Below, in pieces: positions 50,852-60,585 of a DNA stretch of 64,000 nt (the first letter of the stretch is position 1; each line of letters begins with the position of its first letter). Origin of the DNA: a bacterium (lineage in GTDB: Bacteria > UBA8248 > JACPRG01 > G963555815). The position numbers and the translations under genes were made by a program. The stretch lies in NCBI GenBank assembly GCA_965218795.1, contig OZ244653.1:576001-640000 (forward strand). Direction: 5' to 3'. The notes under the pieces are model-generated. The model saw only the letters and a list, made by a program, of their open reading frames with translations, was not told the DNA's origin and did no database searches.

Positions 50852-51592
50852 TTACGACCTTGCAAATTCCTGTCCCGCCGCGCCGGCATAGAGCAAGTGC
50901 TCCAAAATGTAAGCCTCCACCATGTCGGGCACAAGGTATTTAATGCTCCTGCCCGAGGCGAGCCGTTGCCGGATCATGGAGGAGGAAATATCGAAATAGG
51001 GTATATCCTTCAACCAAATCCGGCTTTCGCAAGGCTCCACTTCAACGCCTTCCGCCGCCACCTGATGATCGAAGCCTGTCCGTGCGAAATTCAGCTCCCC
51101 CTTCGGAGTGGTGAGAGATTCTTCCAAAATCCCCAACATCTCATCGACGGACAGCGTCGGACGCCGAACGACCACGAAGTGAGTCAGCCCAAAAAGAGCC
51201 TGTGCGTCCCGCCAGGATCCTATTTGACGAAAGGCGTCCTGGCCAATGATGAAGAAAAACGCTGTATCCGGGGCCTCCTCGTCTTGCAGCGCGCCCAGCG
51301 TGTCGATGGTGTAGCTCACCCCGCCCCGCCGAATTTCCATGTCCCGGACCTCAAGTCTGGGATTCGACAGAATGGCCAATGAAACCATTTTCAATCGATG
51401 CTCGGAGGCAATGAGACACTCATTATCCTTGAGGGGAGGCAGATTGGCCGGAATCAGGATGACCTTATCCAGGCTGAAATCCTTCCCGACCTCTTCGGCC
51501 GCGACCAGGTGCCCCATGTGAATCGGGTTGAACGTGCCCCCTAGAATCCCGATTCGATGGCCGTCGGTCCCCAAGTCAATCGATGATTTCAA
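50852..51592 (-). CDS. nadD: Nicotinate-nucleotide adenylyltransferase
   Basis: GGTFNPIHMGH, SYTIDTL, IGQD, ISSSMIR. Confidence 0.95.
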   Translation of the reverse strand: MKSSIDLGTDGHRIGILGGTFNPIHMGHLVAAEEVGKDFSLDKVILIPANLPPLKDNECLIASEHRLKMVSLAILSNPRLEVRDMEIRRGGVSYTIDTLGALQDEEAPDTAFFFIIGQDAFRQIGSWRDAQALFGLTHFVVVRRPTLSVDEMLGILEESLTTPKGELNFARTGFDHQVAAEGVEVEPCESRIWLKDIPYFDISSSMIRQRLASGRSIKYLVPDMVEAYILEHLLYAGAAGQEFARS

Positions 51593-51604
51593 ACCCGTGT
51601 CGCC

Positions 51605-52732
51605 TTACTGAAGCAGGACAAGGTTATCGCGGTGGATCACTTCGTCGTATCCCTTGAACCCCAAGATGGATTGGATGGCCGATGTCTTTTGACCTTTGAT
51701 CTGCTCCAGGTCTTTGGAGCCGTAATTGACCAGTCCCCGAGCGAACTCATCCCCCATCGGCGTGCAGCACGTCGATGAATCCCCGAATGAGAAAATTCCT
51801 TCCACGGCGATCACACCCGATGGCAGGAGGCTTTTCCCCTTTTCGGTGAGGGCAAGGCGCGCTCCTTCATCCACAATGATCTTGCCTTGGGCCCTACGCG
51901 CAAAGGCTATCCAGCTTTTTCGCCCGCTCATCGGATGATTCTCAGGCCGAAACAATGTCCCGACGGATTCTCCGGCGAGAACCGACGTGAGGATTCCATC
52001 CAGGGTGCCTCCGGTTACGACAGCCGGGATTCCGGCTTCCGTTACGGATTTGACCGCCCGGAGCTTTGTGATCATCCCGCCGGCTCCGAATTCGCTTTTT
52101 CCTTTTTGCGCCATATCCTCGATCCGATCGTCAATCCGATCGACCTCGGGAATGAGCTTAGCGGATTTGGACTTGTTGGGATTGGCCGTGTACAAGCCGT
52201 CCACATCCGTCAGGATGATCAAGAGGTCGGCTTCAATCATCGTCGCGATAAGGGAAGATAAGGTGTCGTTGTCTCCAAACCGTATCTCCTCAACGGAGAC
52301 GGTATCGTTCTCATTCACAATGGGGAGGACGCCCTGATGCAGCATGGCGAAGATCGTATTTCGTGCGTTGAGAAACCGGCCCCGGTGATGGACGTCATCG
52401 TGCGTCAGGAGGATCTGACCCACGGTAATTCGGTCCTTTTCGAAGCACCTTTGATACGCCTGGATCAGACGGCTTTGTCCGACGGCCGCCGCGGCCTGTT
52501 TCAGCGGCATATTATGAGGAATGCGACTGAGTCCCAACGCCTGGACACCCACGCTGACGGCCCCGGACGATACCAAAACGACTTGGCGCCCCTTCGATCG
52601 TATCGCGCTCAGCTGGTTTGCCAGTGAGCGAACGGACGCCTCGTCCAGACCCGCACCGGGAGGGCCTGCCAGAACACTGCTTCCGACCTTGATCACGATC
52701 CGCCGGCATTGGTGAAGTCGCTCTCTGGTCAT
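51605..52732 (-). CDS. proB: Glutamate 5-kinase
   Basis: IKVGSS, VSSGAV, NENDTV, FGDND, GGMITK, PUA domain (SLLPSG). Confidence 0.97.
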   Translation of the reverse strand: MTRERLHQCRRIVIKVGSSVLAGPPGAGLDEASVRSLANQLSAIRSKGRQVVLVSSGAVSVGVQALGLSRIPHNMPLKQAAAAVGQSRLIQAYQRCFEKDRITVGQILLTHDDVHHRGRFLNARNTIFAMLHQGVLPIVNENDTVSVEEIRFGDNDTLSSLIATMIEADLLIILTDVDGLYTANPNKSKSAKLIPEVDRIDDRIEDMAQKGKSEFGAGGMITKLRAVKSVTEAGIPAVVTGGTLDGILTSVLAGESVGTLFRPENHPMSGRKSWIAFARRAQGKIIVDEGARLALTEKGKSLLPSGVIAVEGIFSFGDSSTCCTPMGDEFARGLVNYGSKDLEQIKGQKTSAIQSILGFKGYDEVIHRDNLVLLQ

Positions 52733-53793
52733 CAGCGCACTGTCTGCGTGTCGTGAGTGTCCAACCCGTCCCATCCGTTTCTTTTGATTTGCGAATCCGT
52801 CAACGGTTCGTTCGAGAGAATGCGGCGCACCGCCCGGAGGAGATCGGGAAGGCCTTCTCCCGTGGCGGCCGAAATCGCAATCACTTCCTCAGCCGTGACC
52901 GGCTGCCCGAAATTCGGCATGGCGTGACGGGCTTCCGGCAGGTCGATCTTGTTGGCCGCAACGATCACCGGTTTTTCCAACAAGGATTTATCGAACAAAC
53001 CCAGCTCGGCCATGACGGCGCCGTAATTTTTCATCGGATCCCCTTCCGGCGGGAAGAGGTCCACCACGTGGATAAGGACCCGCGTTCTCTGTATGTGCCG
53101 GAGAAAGTGTGCGCCCAGCCCTTTACCGACATGGGCTCCCTCGATAAGGCCCGGAATGTCGGCTGCCACACAGGACTCGTAATCGCCCAGATCCACAATG
53201 CCCAAGACTGGCTCCAATGTGGAGAACGGGTAGTCTGCAATCCGGGGGGTGGAGTTGCTGATACGGGCGAGGAGCGAGGATTTCCCGGCGTTGGGCGCGC
53301 CGACGATACCAACATCGGCCAGCAGGCGCAACTCGAGCCGCAACAACCTTTTTTCGCCAGCCACTCCTTTTCCGGCCCGCCGGGGAGCGCGCTGTGTGGA
53401 AGACTTGAAGCGGGCGTTGCCCCGTCCGCCCCGTCCGCCGCGCGCCACCACGACCTCATCTCCCTCGGCAGCAAGGTCAAAGAGGTTCTCGTCCGAGGCG
53501 TCATCCATGACCAGCGTCCCCACAGGAACCTCGAACCGTATATCCGGCCCTTTTCGGCCGTGCTGGTCCTGCCCCCGTCCGGGGGTTCCACTCCGGGCCG
53601 CAATCCGGTTCTTGTTTCGGAAGACAAGCAGGGTGCTGGCGGAGGATGATGCGAGAAGCCGAACATCCCCCCCATCGCCTCCGTCGCCTCCGTCCGGGCC
53701 GCCTCTGGGGACGTATTTTTCCCGCCGGAAGCTGACGCAACCCCGGCCGCCGTCTCCACCTTGAACGATGATGCGAGCCGAGTCGATAAACAT
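52732..53793 (-). CDS. obgE: GTPase ObgE
   Basis: MFIDSARI, Gly-rich Obg fold, GAPNAGKS, DIPG, NKID. Confidence 0.97.
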   Translation of the reverse strand: MFIDSARIIVQGGDGGRGCVSFRREKYVPRGGPDGGDGGDGGDVRLLASSSASTLLVFRNKNRIAARSGTPGRGQDQHGRKGPDIRFEVPVGTLVMDDASDENLFDLAAEGDEVVVARGGRGGRGNARFKSSTQRAPRRAGKGVAGEKRLLRLELRLLADVGIVGAPNAGKSSLLARISNSTPRIADYPFSTLEPVLGIVDLGDYESCVAADIPGLIEGAHVGKGLGAHFLRHIQRTRVLIHVVDLFPPEGDPMKNYGAVMAELGLFDKSLLEKPVIVAANKIDLPEARHAMPNFGQPVTAEEVIAISAATGEGLPDLLRAVRRILSNEPLTDSQIKRNGWDGLDTHDTQTVR

Positions 53794-53806
53794 TGTCGTT
53801 GGGGGC

Positions 53807-54076
53807 TTAGCCGGATTCCGAGGACACCTCGACGATGTGGACGAATTTGCGGCCGCCGCGTCCGGTTTGGAACTTGACCTGGCCGCTTCGTTTGGCGAAA
53901 AGCGTATAGTCGCCGCCGGTTCCGACGCCTTCGCCGGCGTGATAGGAGGTCCCGCGCTGGCGGACAATAATGGTTCCGGCATTGACTTGCTGGCCCCCGA
54001 AACGTTTGATTCCGAGGCGTTTTCCTGCGCTGTCCCGTCCGTTTTGCGAACTCCCGCCAGCCTTCTTGTGAGCCAT
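53807..54076 (-). CDS. rpmA: 50S ribosomal protein L27
   Basis: [24 protein letters not shown]. Confidence 0.98.
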   Translation of the reverse strand: MAHKKAGGSSQNGRDSAGKRLGIKRFGGQQVNAGTIIVRQRGTSYHAGEGVGTGGDYTLFAKRSGQVKFQTGRGGRKFVHIVEVSSESG

Positions 54077-54089
54077 TTGAATACCCTCC

Positions 54090-54404
54090 TCAGGAGGAGG
54101 CGATTTCCGTTATCCGGACCGCCGTGAAATACTGCCGGTGTCCATTCTTGCGTCTGTAGTTCTTCCGACGCTTCTTCTTGAAGACGATGATCTTCTTATC
54201 ACGCCCTCGATTCACAATGACGCCCTTGACGTGAGCTTTTTGCAGGTTGGCTGGAGAGGCTGCCAGATTCTCTCCCGAGCCAACGGCGAGAACCTTGGGA
54301 AAGGTGATTTCCTGGCCGATTTCGCCTTCTATTTTCTGAAGGTGGACAATCTCTCCCTCTGCGACGCGGTGTTGATGCCCACCAGTGTCAATTACGGCAT
54401 ACAC
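54090..54404 (-). CDS. rplU: 50S ribosomal protein L21
   Basis: [25 protein letters not shown]. Confidence 0.98.
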   Translation of the reverse strand: MYAVIDTGGHQHRVAEGEIVHLQKIEGEIGQEITFPKVLAVGSGENLAASPANLQKAHVKGVIVNRGRDKKIIVFKKKRRKNYRRKNGHRQYFTAVRITEIASS

Positions 54405-54500
54405 GATAACCCACTCCCTGGAATTCTCAGGAATTTCAGGAATCAGTGAACGACTGAAGACTCCATCGAACGAAACGCATTTCTTCTGTCAAACCACCGA

Positions 54501-54529
54501 AATTTAGACCGATTACGGGGATCTGTCAA
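54501..54529 (-). promoter_or_regulatory. Putative sigma70 promoter for the rplU operon
   Basis: TTGACA-17 nt-TAAATT on the minus strand. Confidence 0.6.
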
Positions 54530-54795
54530 GGAGGATTTACCGTCTCCATCGCCGGGTTGGGAAGAATGGGCCAGCGGTCAAAATCCGGGTTTGACGGCTA
54601 CTTTCGCATTCTTTGCAACATTCCGATTTCCAAGGCAAGCGCAGCACCGGTCGGGACGGGCCCCATGAAGACCAAACGAGAAGAATCCCCCCGGCGAACA
54701 GACCGATCCCTTCATCCCATCTCGGTTGCTCTTCATGAAGTGACCCGTCAGAGCGGAGCCCGCCGCCATAACCCCCAGGGCCGTCGAAATGAAGG

Positions 54796-55160
54796 CCGGT
54801 GCCAGGGGATACGCCCCCGACGACTTTCTTCCCTCGAAGGTCCGAAATGTTGCGACATCCCGGATGCCTTTGTGGTGACGATTCGTACGGGTTCCGGGTA
54901 CAGGGAAGCGATGGCCAGCAGGTTTTTTACGGGCCGCTTCCCCTTGAAAAATCCCGTGCCGGTATAGGCCCAGTTGGCCACGTTGTTCTGAATGAAGGCC
55001 GACTCGATGGCCCGGCGGGCGATGAGGTTGCCGTTGGCCACCGAGGCGTTTCCGGTTTGCGCGGTGGTGACCAGGCCCGGGATTCTCTCAGGCAAGGCGG
55101 CTGCCAGTGCTCCCCCCAAGGGGTAATAGGTCCCCCCGGTCCCTACCCGCAACAGCCCAG
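54796..55160 (-). pseudogene. Fragment of a TAXI-family TRAP transporter solute-binding protein
   Basis: GTGGTYYPLG, ASVAN, AYTGTGFF, IASLYPE, then after a frameshift ISDLRGKKV..PGTG; no signal peptide or C-terminal half. Confidence 0.78.
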
Positions 55161-55355
55161 GATGAAAAACGAGGACACGAGATATCCGCGCCTGCAATGA
55201 ACTGTACGGCACGCAAGGCGCCCTTGAGAGAGAGCTTGTTCCGTAATTCTTCCTGTAAGGACTTTGCTTGTCGGGTTTTCACCCGCCAAGAGTGAAGCTG
55301 GAGGCTTTGCAACGGTCCCGGTAACGTGGAGAAGGTGCGTCCCCAAGGTCTGCAA

Positions 55356-55550
55356 TCATTCTTCTAACCCCTGGGATGTAGTTTCGTCCGCTTCGGCATC
55401 CTCTTCCAAAGCCCTCTGTATTTCTTCCCTGACCGACGAACGGATGTGCTTCGGGTCCCTGGACCATTCCGGAATCTCCTGCCCTCTTCGAGAAGGGACA
55501 TACTTCCGGCTCATTCGTCTGACACGCTTCACCCGGTCATCTTCACTCAC
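55356..55550 (-). CDS. Small hypothetical protein (basic N-terminus, acidic C-terminus)
   Basis: 64-aa ORF, GTG start with GAGG upstream, fills an otherwise empty gap. Confidence 0.45.
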   Translation of the reverse strand: MSEDDRVKRVRRMSRKYVPSRRGQEIPEWSRDPKHIRSSVREEIQRALEEDAEADETTSQGLEE

Positions 55551-55767
55551 AGCCGGAAGTCCTCATCAGCGCGAATCCAGTCTACCCCAGTCCCATTCTA
55601 CTTCATCTTAACGGATTCCGTGCGCTCCATTGAACCCTGTGCGCGGTTGGAAATCAGAGCGGTTGTCCGGCGAGAGAGATTCTCTTATACTCGCATGTCG
55701 CGTTTCGACTGAAGAGCGGGATATCCCCCCGACCATTCAATGAATTTCTGCGGGAGCGATCTTGACC

Positions 55768-56157
55768 ATGTCCAAACAAGTGATCCAACCGAAGAACATG
55801 CCTGTTCCGGCGGCGCCTTATTCCCCGGGAATCAAGAAGGGAAACTTCATTTTTACGTCCGGCCAGGTGGCCAATGACTCCAGTGGTACCTTGGTCGGCA
55901 TTGGAGACGTCAAGGCCCAGACCGATCAGTGCCTGGCCAACATTGAAACCATTTTGAAAGAGGCCGGCGCCGGCAAGGAAGATATCCTCAAGTGCGTCGT
56001 TTTTCTGTCCGACATTCGTTACTTTCAGGATATGAACGAAGCCTACGCCAAGTTCTTCGAGGGGACGGATAAACCGGGCCGTTCTACGGTTCAGGCACCC
56101 TTGGCCCGTCCCGAGATGCTCGTAGAGATCGAGGCCGTCGCCTACGTTGGCGACTAG
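55768..56157 (+). CDS. RidA/YjgF family enamine/imine deaminase (copy 1)
   Basis: PYSPG, TSGQ, MNEAY, GRSTV (Arg), VEIEA. Confidence 0.92.
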   Translation: MSKQVIQPKNMPVPAAPYSPGIKKGNFIFTSGQVANDSSGTLVGIGDVKAQTDQCLANIETILKEAGAGKEDILKCVVFLSDIRYFQDMNEAYAKFFEGTDKPGRSTVQAPLARPEMLVEIEAVAYVGD

Positions 56158-56165
56158 GAGGAGTC

Positions 56166-56549
56166 ATGCCAAAGACGATCATCGAATCTGAAGGCTCGGC
56201 CGCGATCGGCCCATACTCTCCCGGCGCCGGAGCCGAAGGGCTGTTCTTTTTGTCCGGAAAAGCCGCCCTCGACGAGGAGGGTAACGTCATCGCTCGCGGA
56301 GACGTGCGGGGCCAGACCGAAGCAACGTTGAAGGCCGTCGAAAAGGTCCTCTTGGATGCCGGGGGCACGCTCAGCGACATCGTCAAGACGACGGTGTTCT
56401 TGTCGGACATGCGCCATTACGAAGGGATGAACGAGGTATACGGAAATATGCTTCCCAAGGATCGGCCCGCGCGTTCGACGATTTTGATGGTTCCGCCCGC
56501 AGTGGACCTGCTGGTCGAGATCGATGTCATTGCCGTGATTGGAGAATGA
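56166..56549 (+). CDS. RidA/YjgF family enamine/imine deaminase (copy 2)
   Basis: GPYSPG, LSGK, MNEVY, PARST, VEIDV; AGGAGG RBS. Confidence 0.92.
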   Translation: MPKTIIESEGSAAIGPYSPGAGAEGLFFLSGKAALDEEGNVIARGDVRGQTEATLKAVEKVLLDAGGTLSDIVKTTVFLSDMRHYEGMNEVYGNMLPKDRPARSTILMVPPAVDLLVEIDVIAVIGE

Positions 56550-56553
56550 GGGG

Positions 56554-56940
56554 ATGGGTCGAACGATCATCACGATGGAAGACGGCTCGAAAGCCGTCGG
56601 ACCGTATTCTTCGGGGGGCATCGGCGGCTCACTGGTTTACTCCTCGGGCCAGACCTCTCTGGACCGGGACGGAAACGTCGTTGGCATTGGGGACGTGAGC
56701 GTACAAACCACTGAGACGATGAAGAATCTGATCGCCGCCTTGGCTGCGGGGGGCGCTTCGGTGGAGGATATTGTTAAGACGACGGTGTTTCTGCCGGATA
56801 TCCGGGATTTTGCGGAAATGAATGAAGCCTACGCAAAGTTTTTCCCCAAGGATCCTCCGGCTCGATCCACTATCCAGGCCGCCTTGGCGCTCCCGGAATT
56901 GCTGGTGGAGATAGAGGCGATCGCTGTGCTGGACGACTAA
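56554..56940 (+). CDS. RidA/YjgF family enamine/imine deaminase (copy 3)
   Basis: GPYSSG, SSGQ, MNEAY, PARST, VEIEA. Confidence 0.92.
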   Translation: MGRTIITMEDGSKAVGPYSSGGIGGSLVYSSGQTSLDRDGNVVGIGDVSVQTTETMKNLIAALAAGGASVEDIVKTTVFLPDIRDFAEMNEAYAKFFPKDPPARSTIQAALALPELLVEIEAIAVLDD

Positions 56941-57065
56941 TGTTTTGAAGGAACCCCGTTCCGGAAGGCCTCGATATCCCGAAACGGGATGCAAGGGAGG
57001 TGGAGGAGTGGTTCAGTGCTGAGGCTTGATCCCCAAGCGTAGCAGGTGGTTCATCCCGGGTGGAA

Positions 57066-57365
57066 TCAGCTGAGGTCCCTGTCTTGTCCATAGACCTTAT
57101 GTGAAGGCCGGTTTTCGAGAATTCCGTCAAGCCCCCAGTTGGTGACCTGCTTGAACAAATCGCTTTTGATGAAGCTGGCAAAATCTTCCCGTTGTTCCCA
57201 CTCGGAGAGTATGGCGTAGGAGTTCGGGCGCTTGACTTGGTGATACAGATAGCTGACCTTATGCCCGGGTTGTCCCTCCAGGACGTCCAGCACCTCCTCG
57301 AATTTCTCCTCGAATCGATCTTCATTCCCCGGCTTGACGTCGTAGTAAAGTCCCACCGTAATCAT
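57066..57365 (-). CDS. Antibiotic biosynthesis monooxygenase (ABM/IsdG-like) domain protein
   Basis: YDVKPGNEDRFEEKF, PGH, YAILSEW..EDFASFIKSDLF. Confidence 0.8.
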   Translation of the reverse strand: MITVGLYYDVKPGNEDRFEEKFEEVLDVLEGQPGHKVSYLYHQVKRPNSYAILSEWEQREDFASFIKSDLFKQVTNWGLDGILENRPSHKVYGQDRDLS

Positions 57366-57623
57366 TCTCTTTTTGATTCCCCCAATCGGCTCTGTTCTGG
57401 ATGGAGACGGGAATCCGTTCCCATGATATGAAAATGCGTCCGGTCGCTTCACCGTAGAAGATCGATATTCCTAAGTCAACGATTTCGGCTCCGATCCGTC
57501 GATTGGTTGGCCGGAACTTTTTGCCTATATACCACGTTTGTATCTTTCAGTGTTTCGATACGGGAGATAGCCGATTGGAAGGAAACCCGGGCGACTGCTC
57601 GGAGGAGATGAAAAGGAAAGGTC

Positions 57624-58880
57624 ATGGACATCCAAACAGGTATGCTCAGCAATGGCATCCGAATCGTCACTCAAAAGCGGTTCGGAAGCGAGGCGGTGGC
57701 GTTTCACATCTATTTTGGATGCGGCGGGAGGCACGAACCCGACGAGGTGGTGGGCGTTTCGCATGCGCTCGAGCACATGATATTCAAAGGTACCCCCACG
57801 CGAACGTACCTGCAAATTGCTGAGGAAATGGAGGGCGTCGGGGCGTCAATCAATGCCAATACAGGGTCTGAGCGCACCTGCTATTTCTTTGTGGCTCCGG
57901 TCGAGGTGCTGGGCAAGGTTCTTCCGGTTTATGCCGATGCCATCCATAACAGCTTGTTGGACGCGGACGAATGGGAGAAGGAAAGGCATGTCATCCTCGA
58001 AGAGCTGAAGATGTACGAAGACATGCCTCGTTTCGTGGTCAGCGACAGGCTGGAAACGACCATGTTCAATCTTCAGGTGGGGGTCATCGGTTCCCAGGAG
58101 ACCATCCAGGCGATTCAGACGGAAGACATGCGGCAATTGATAGCCCGGTGGTATGGCTCGGACAATACGGTCATTTCCGCCGCCGGCGGCATCGACCACG
58201 ACGCCGTGATGGAGATTGCGGATCGGTATTTCGGATCGCGTTCGGAAAGCGGCGCCAAGGCCGAATGGCCGAAATTGCCGGGCAAGAGCAGCCAGCCGAT
58301 TTGCGGTGTCGTCCGTCAGACGGATCAAGTGAATCTGGCCATCGGATTCCGGTCGTTCGGGCTGTCGCATCCGAATCTTCCCGCCCTCCGTCTGATGAAT
58401 GACATCCTGGGCGGAAAGATGTCGAGCCGTCTTTTTGATGAAGTGAGAGAAAAGCGGGGACTGGCCTACAGCGTCCACTCGCGCGTCCACCCATTGACGG
58501 ATACGGGATATCTGGAGCTGAAGGCGGGCGTTGCCCTGGACAAAGCAGTGGAAGCGACCCGGGTCATCCTGGGAGAGACCGCGCGACTGCGGGAGCAGCC
58601 CGTGGGGGAAGAGGAACTGATTTCGGCGAAGAAACATCTGCGGGGCCTTCTTCTCATACAGGAGGAGTCCAGTGAATTTGCCGACCGGAACGGGGAGAGC
58701 CTTCTGCTGGAAGGGGAGGTGAAGACCCTTGAGAAAGAGCTCGCAGCGATTGAGCGTGTCAGCCGCGAAGACATCCGGCAGGTGGCGAACGATATCTTTG
58801 TCGACGAGGAATTAACGTCCGCTTTTGTTGCCGAGCGAGACCTCAGTGATGTGCTCACTCCAGTCTTGAGAGTCGAATGA
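57624..58880 (+). CDS. M16 (pitrilysin) family zinc peptidase
   Basis: HALEH (HxxEH), NANT, SSRLFDEVREKRGLAYSV. Confidence 0.95.
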   Translation: MDIQTGMLSNGIRIVTQKRFGSEAVAFHIYFGCGGRHEPDEVVGVSHALEHMIFKGTPTRTYLQIAEEMEGVGASINANTGSERTCYFFVAPVEVLGKVLPVYADAIHNSLLDADEWEKERHVILEELKMYEDMPRFVVSDRLETTMFNLQVGVIGSQETIQAIQTEDMRQLIARWYGSDNTVISAAGGIDHDAVMEIADRYFGSRSESGAKAEWPKLPGKSSQPICGVVRQTDQVNLAIGFRSFGLSHPNLPALRLMNDILGGKMSSRLFDEVREKRGLAYSVHSRVHPLTDTGYLELKAGVALDKAVEATRVILGETARLREQPVGEEELISAKKHLRGLLLIQEESSEFADRNGESLLLEGEVKTLEKELAAIERVSREDIRQVANDIFVDEELTSAFVAERDLSDVLTPVLRVE

Positions 58881-59160
58881 TACTGCCATGATGTGAAATT
58901 CGATGGGCCGAGGTGACGTCAGTCCATCCGAAACATTCTTACCCCGCTGGTCCGAATTTTCGCCGAATTGTCGTTTCCGTATTTGCTATAATTGGATTTG
59001 CTTTTTCGCCAGGGTATGTTCAGATTGGGTGGAAAAGGCGGCGGCGAGGGTCGTCCAGTGCTTGATTGATAGGCCGGATCTCCAGGAAAGAATCACCATT
59101 CATTGGAATGGGCGACATTGGATTGAGGGGTCCGTCAGCGCAAGAATTTCGGGGCTTGGA

Positions 59161-60585
59161 ATGATGAAGGTTCCCATCCTCGTGTCGGTCAGTCCGTGTC
59201 TCGTCGCGGGATTGTTATGCGCGGGCTCAGGGTGGTCAGAAAAGGGTGCTCCTTGTCCGAAAACGGGTGAAAAATTTTTGTCGGCAGCGAGGTTCGCGGT
59301 GAGGCCCTTTGTGCGGGAAAGCCTGTTCCGTAAAGCGATCGCTCAATGTCCAAAGGACGCGCGCGCCTATTATCTGCTGGGGCGTCATTATCAGGCGCTT
59401 CATCTGCGATCGAAGGCAAGCCAAGCCTACCAGTCCGCTCTGGAGCGCCTGCCGGAGGCCACCGACATCCTGCGGCAAATCGGAAGGCTCGATCCTCGGA
59501 GGCCCAAAGAGGCGATTTGGAGCGTAATAGGGAATCTTATCCCACCCAAGGAAAGAGGAGAGAGCGGCAATCCGGAGTCACGGTCCCTTCAGAACCTCCT
59601 GGGAAAGATGTCCAGTGACCCCGAAGACCGATTGACCTTGGCAAAGGAATTGACCAGCCTCGCAGAGAGTAGGATGCGCCGAAATCAGAGCAGCTTGCCA
59701 CTCCTGTTGCGTGCAATCGAGCTCGTTCCGACCTACGAGCGTGCCCGGAACTTTGTCTTGCAACGTTTCTGGGATAAGGGTGAATATCTATTTCATGGCG
59801 AATGGTATGACAAGGCGGCAAAAGAGTATCAAGAAGCGTTGATCTACGCGCCGAACGATCCAAGGCTACATCTGAGGCTGGCGGACACGTACAGTCGAAT
59901 GAAGGGTGCCGAGAGTGATGCCCTCAGGCACTACCGGCAGGCGGACACTTTTTTCGCGCAACGGCGGACCAGTGTCATACCGGGCGATGACCAGGTATCC
60001 ATCCGCCAGAAAATTCAGTGGGGTCTGGACAAGTTTGATGAAAATCGTCCGGCCTATCGAAAAAAGCGGGGTGACAAGGCACGAAAGCGAGGAAAAACGT
60101 ACCTGGACAAGGCCGACTACAAAAGGGCAGCCGTCGCGTTCAAGAAAGCGATTGGTTGGATGCCCGGCGATGCGCTCCTACACTTTGATCTGGCGACGAC
60201 GCTGAAGCAGTTAGAGGACCCGCGGTCCGACAGGGAGGCCCTTCAGCACTATGAGCGCTCTCTCGCACTGTTCCGAACAAGCCCTCCGCCGGAGGCGGCA
60301 AACCTGAAAAAGCGGTTTGAGAAGCGAATCCAATTGGAGATTGCCCATCTCACAGGAGAGAGCAGCTCAATGTATTACCTGATGCAGCAAGTGGCCCTAG
60401 GGGTTCAGGAACGCGCTGTTGAATTGTCCCTCTTTGTTCTCGCCTTCGCGGGGATTACGGTATACTTACTGCGCGCTGGCATGCGGATTAGCAGCCCTAG
60501 AGCCGAGGGGCCCCTATCCCACCCAATAGTCCGGCAGCCCACCATCTTGACTTCCGAATCTGCCAGCTTGACGACCCAGCAGTAG
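59161..60585 (+). CDS. Exported TPR protein with C-terminal TM anchor (paralog of 40807-42237)
   Basis: Signal-like N-terminus from ATG 59161, TPRs, C-terminal RAVELSLFVLAFAGITVYLLR. Confidence 0.8.
   Translation: MMKVPILVSVSPCLVAGLLCAGSGWSEKGAPCPKTGEKFLSAARFAVRPFVRESLFRKAIAQCPKDARAYYLLGRHYQALHLRSKASQAYQSALERLPEATDILRQIGRLDPRRPKEAIWSVIGNLIPPKERGESGNPESRSLQNLLGKMSSDPEDRLTLAKELTSLAESRMRRNQSSLPLLLRAIELVPTYERARNFVLQRFWDKGEYLFHGEWYDKAAKEYQEALIYAPNDPRLHLRLADTYSRMKGAESDALRHYRQADTFFAQRRTSVIPGDDQVSIRQKIQWGLDKFDENRPAYRKKRGDKARKRGKTYLDKADYKRAAVAFKKAIGWMPGDALLHFDLATTLKQLEDPRSDREALQHYERSLALFRTSPPPEAANLKKRFEKRIQLEIAHLTGESSSMYYLMQQVALGVQERAVELSLFVLAFAGITVYLLRAGMRISSPRAEGPLSHPIVRQPTILTSESASLTTQQ

Noticed and set aside
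56547-56556. UGA read-through fusing RidA copies 2 and 3
   Set aside because: The copy 3 ATG (56554) is not in frame with copy 2, and the UGA is not at a Cys position.
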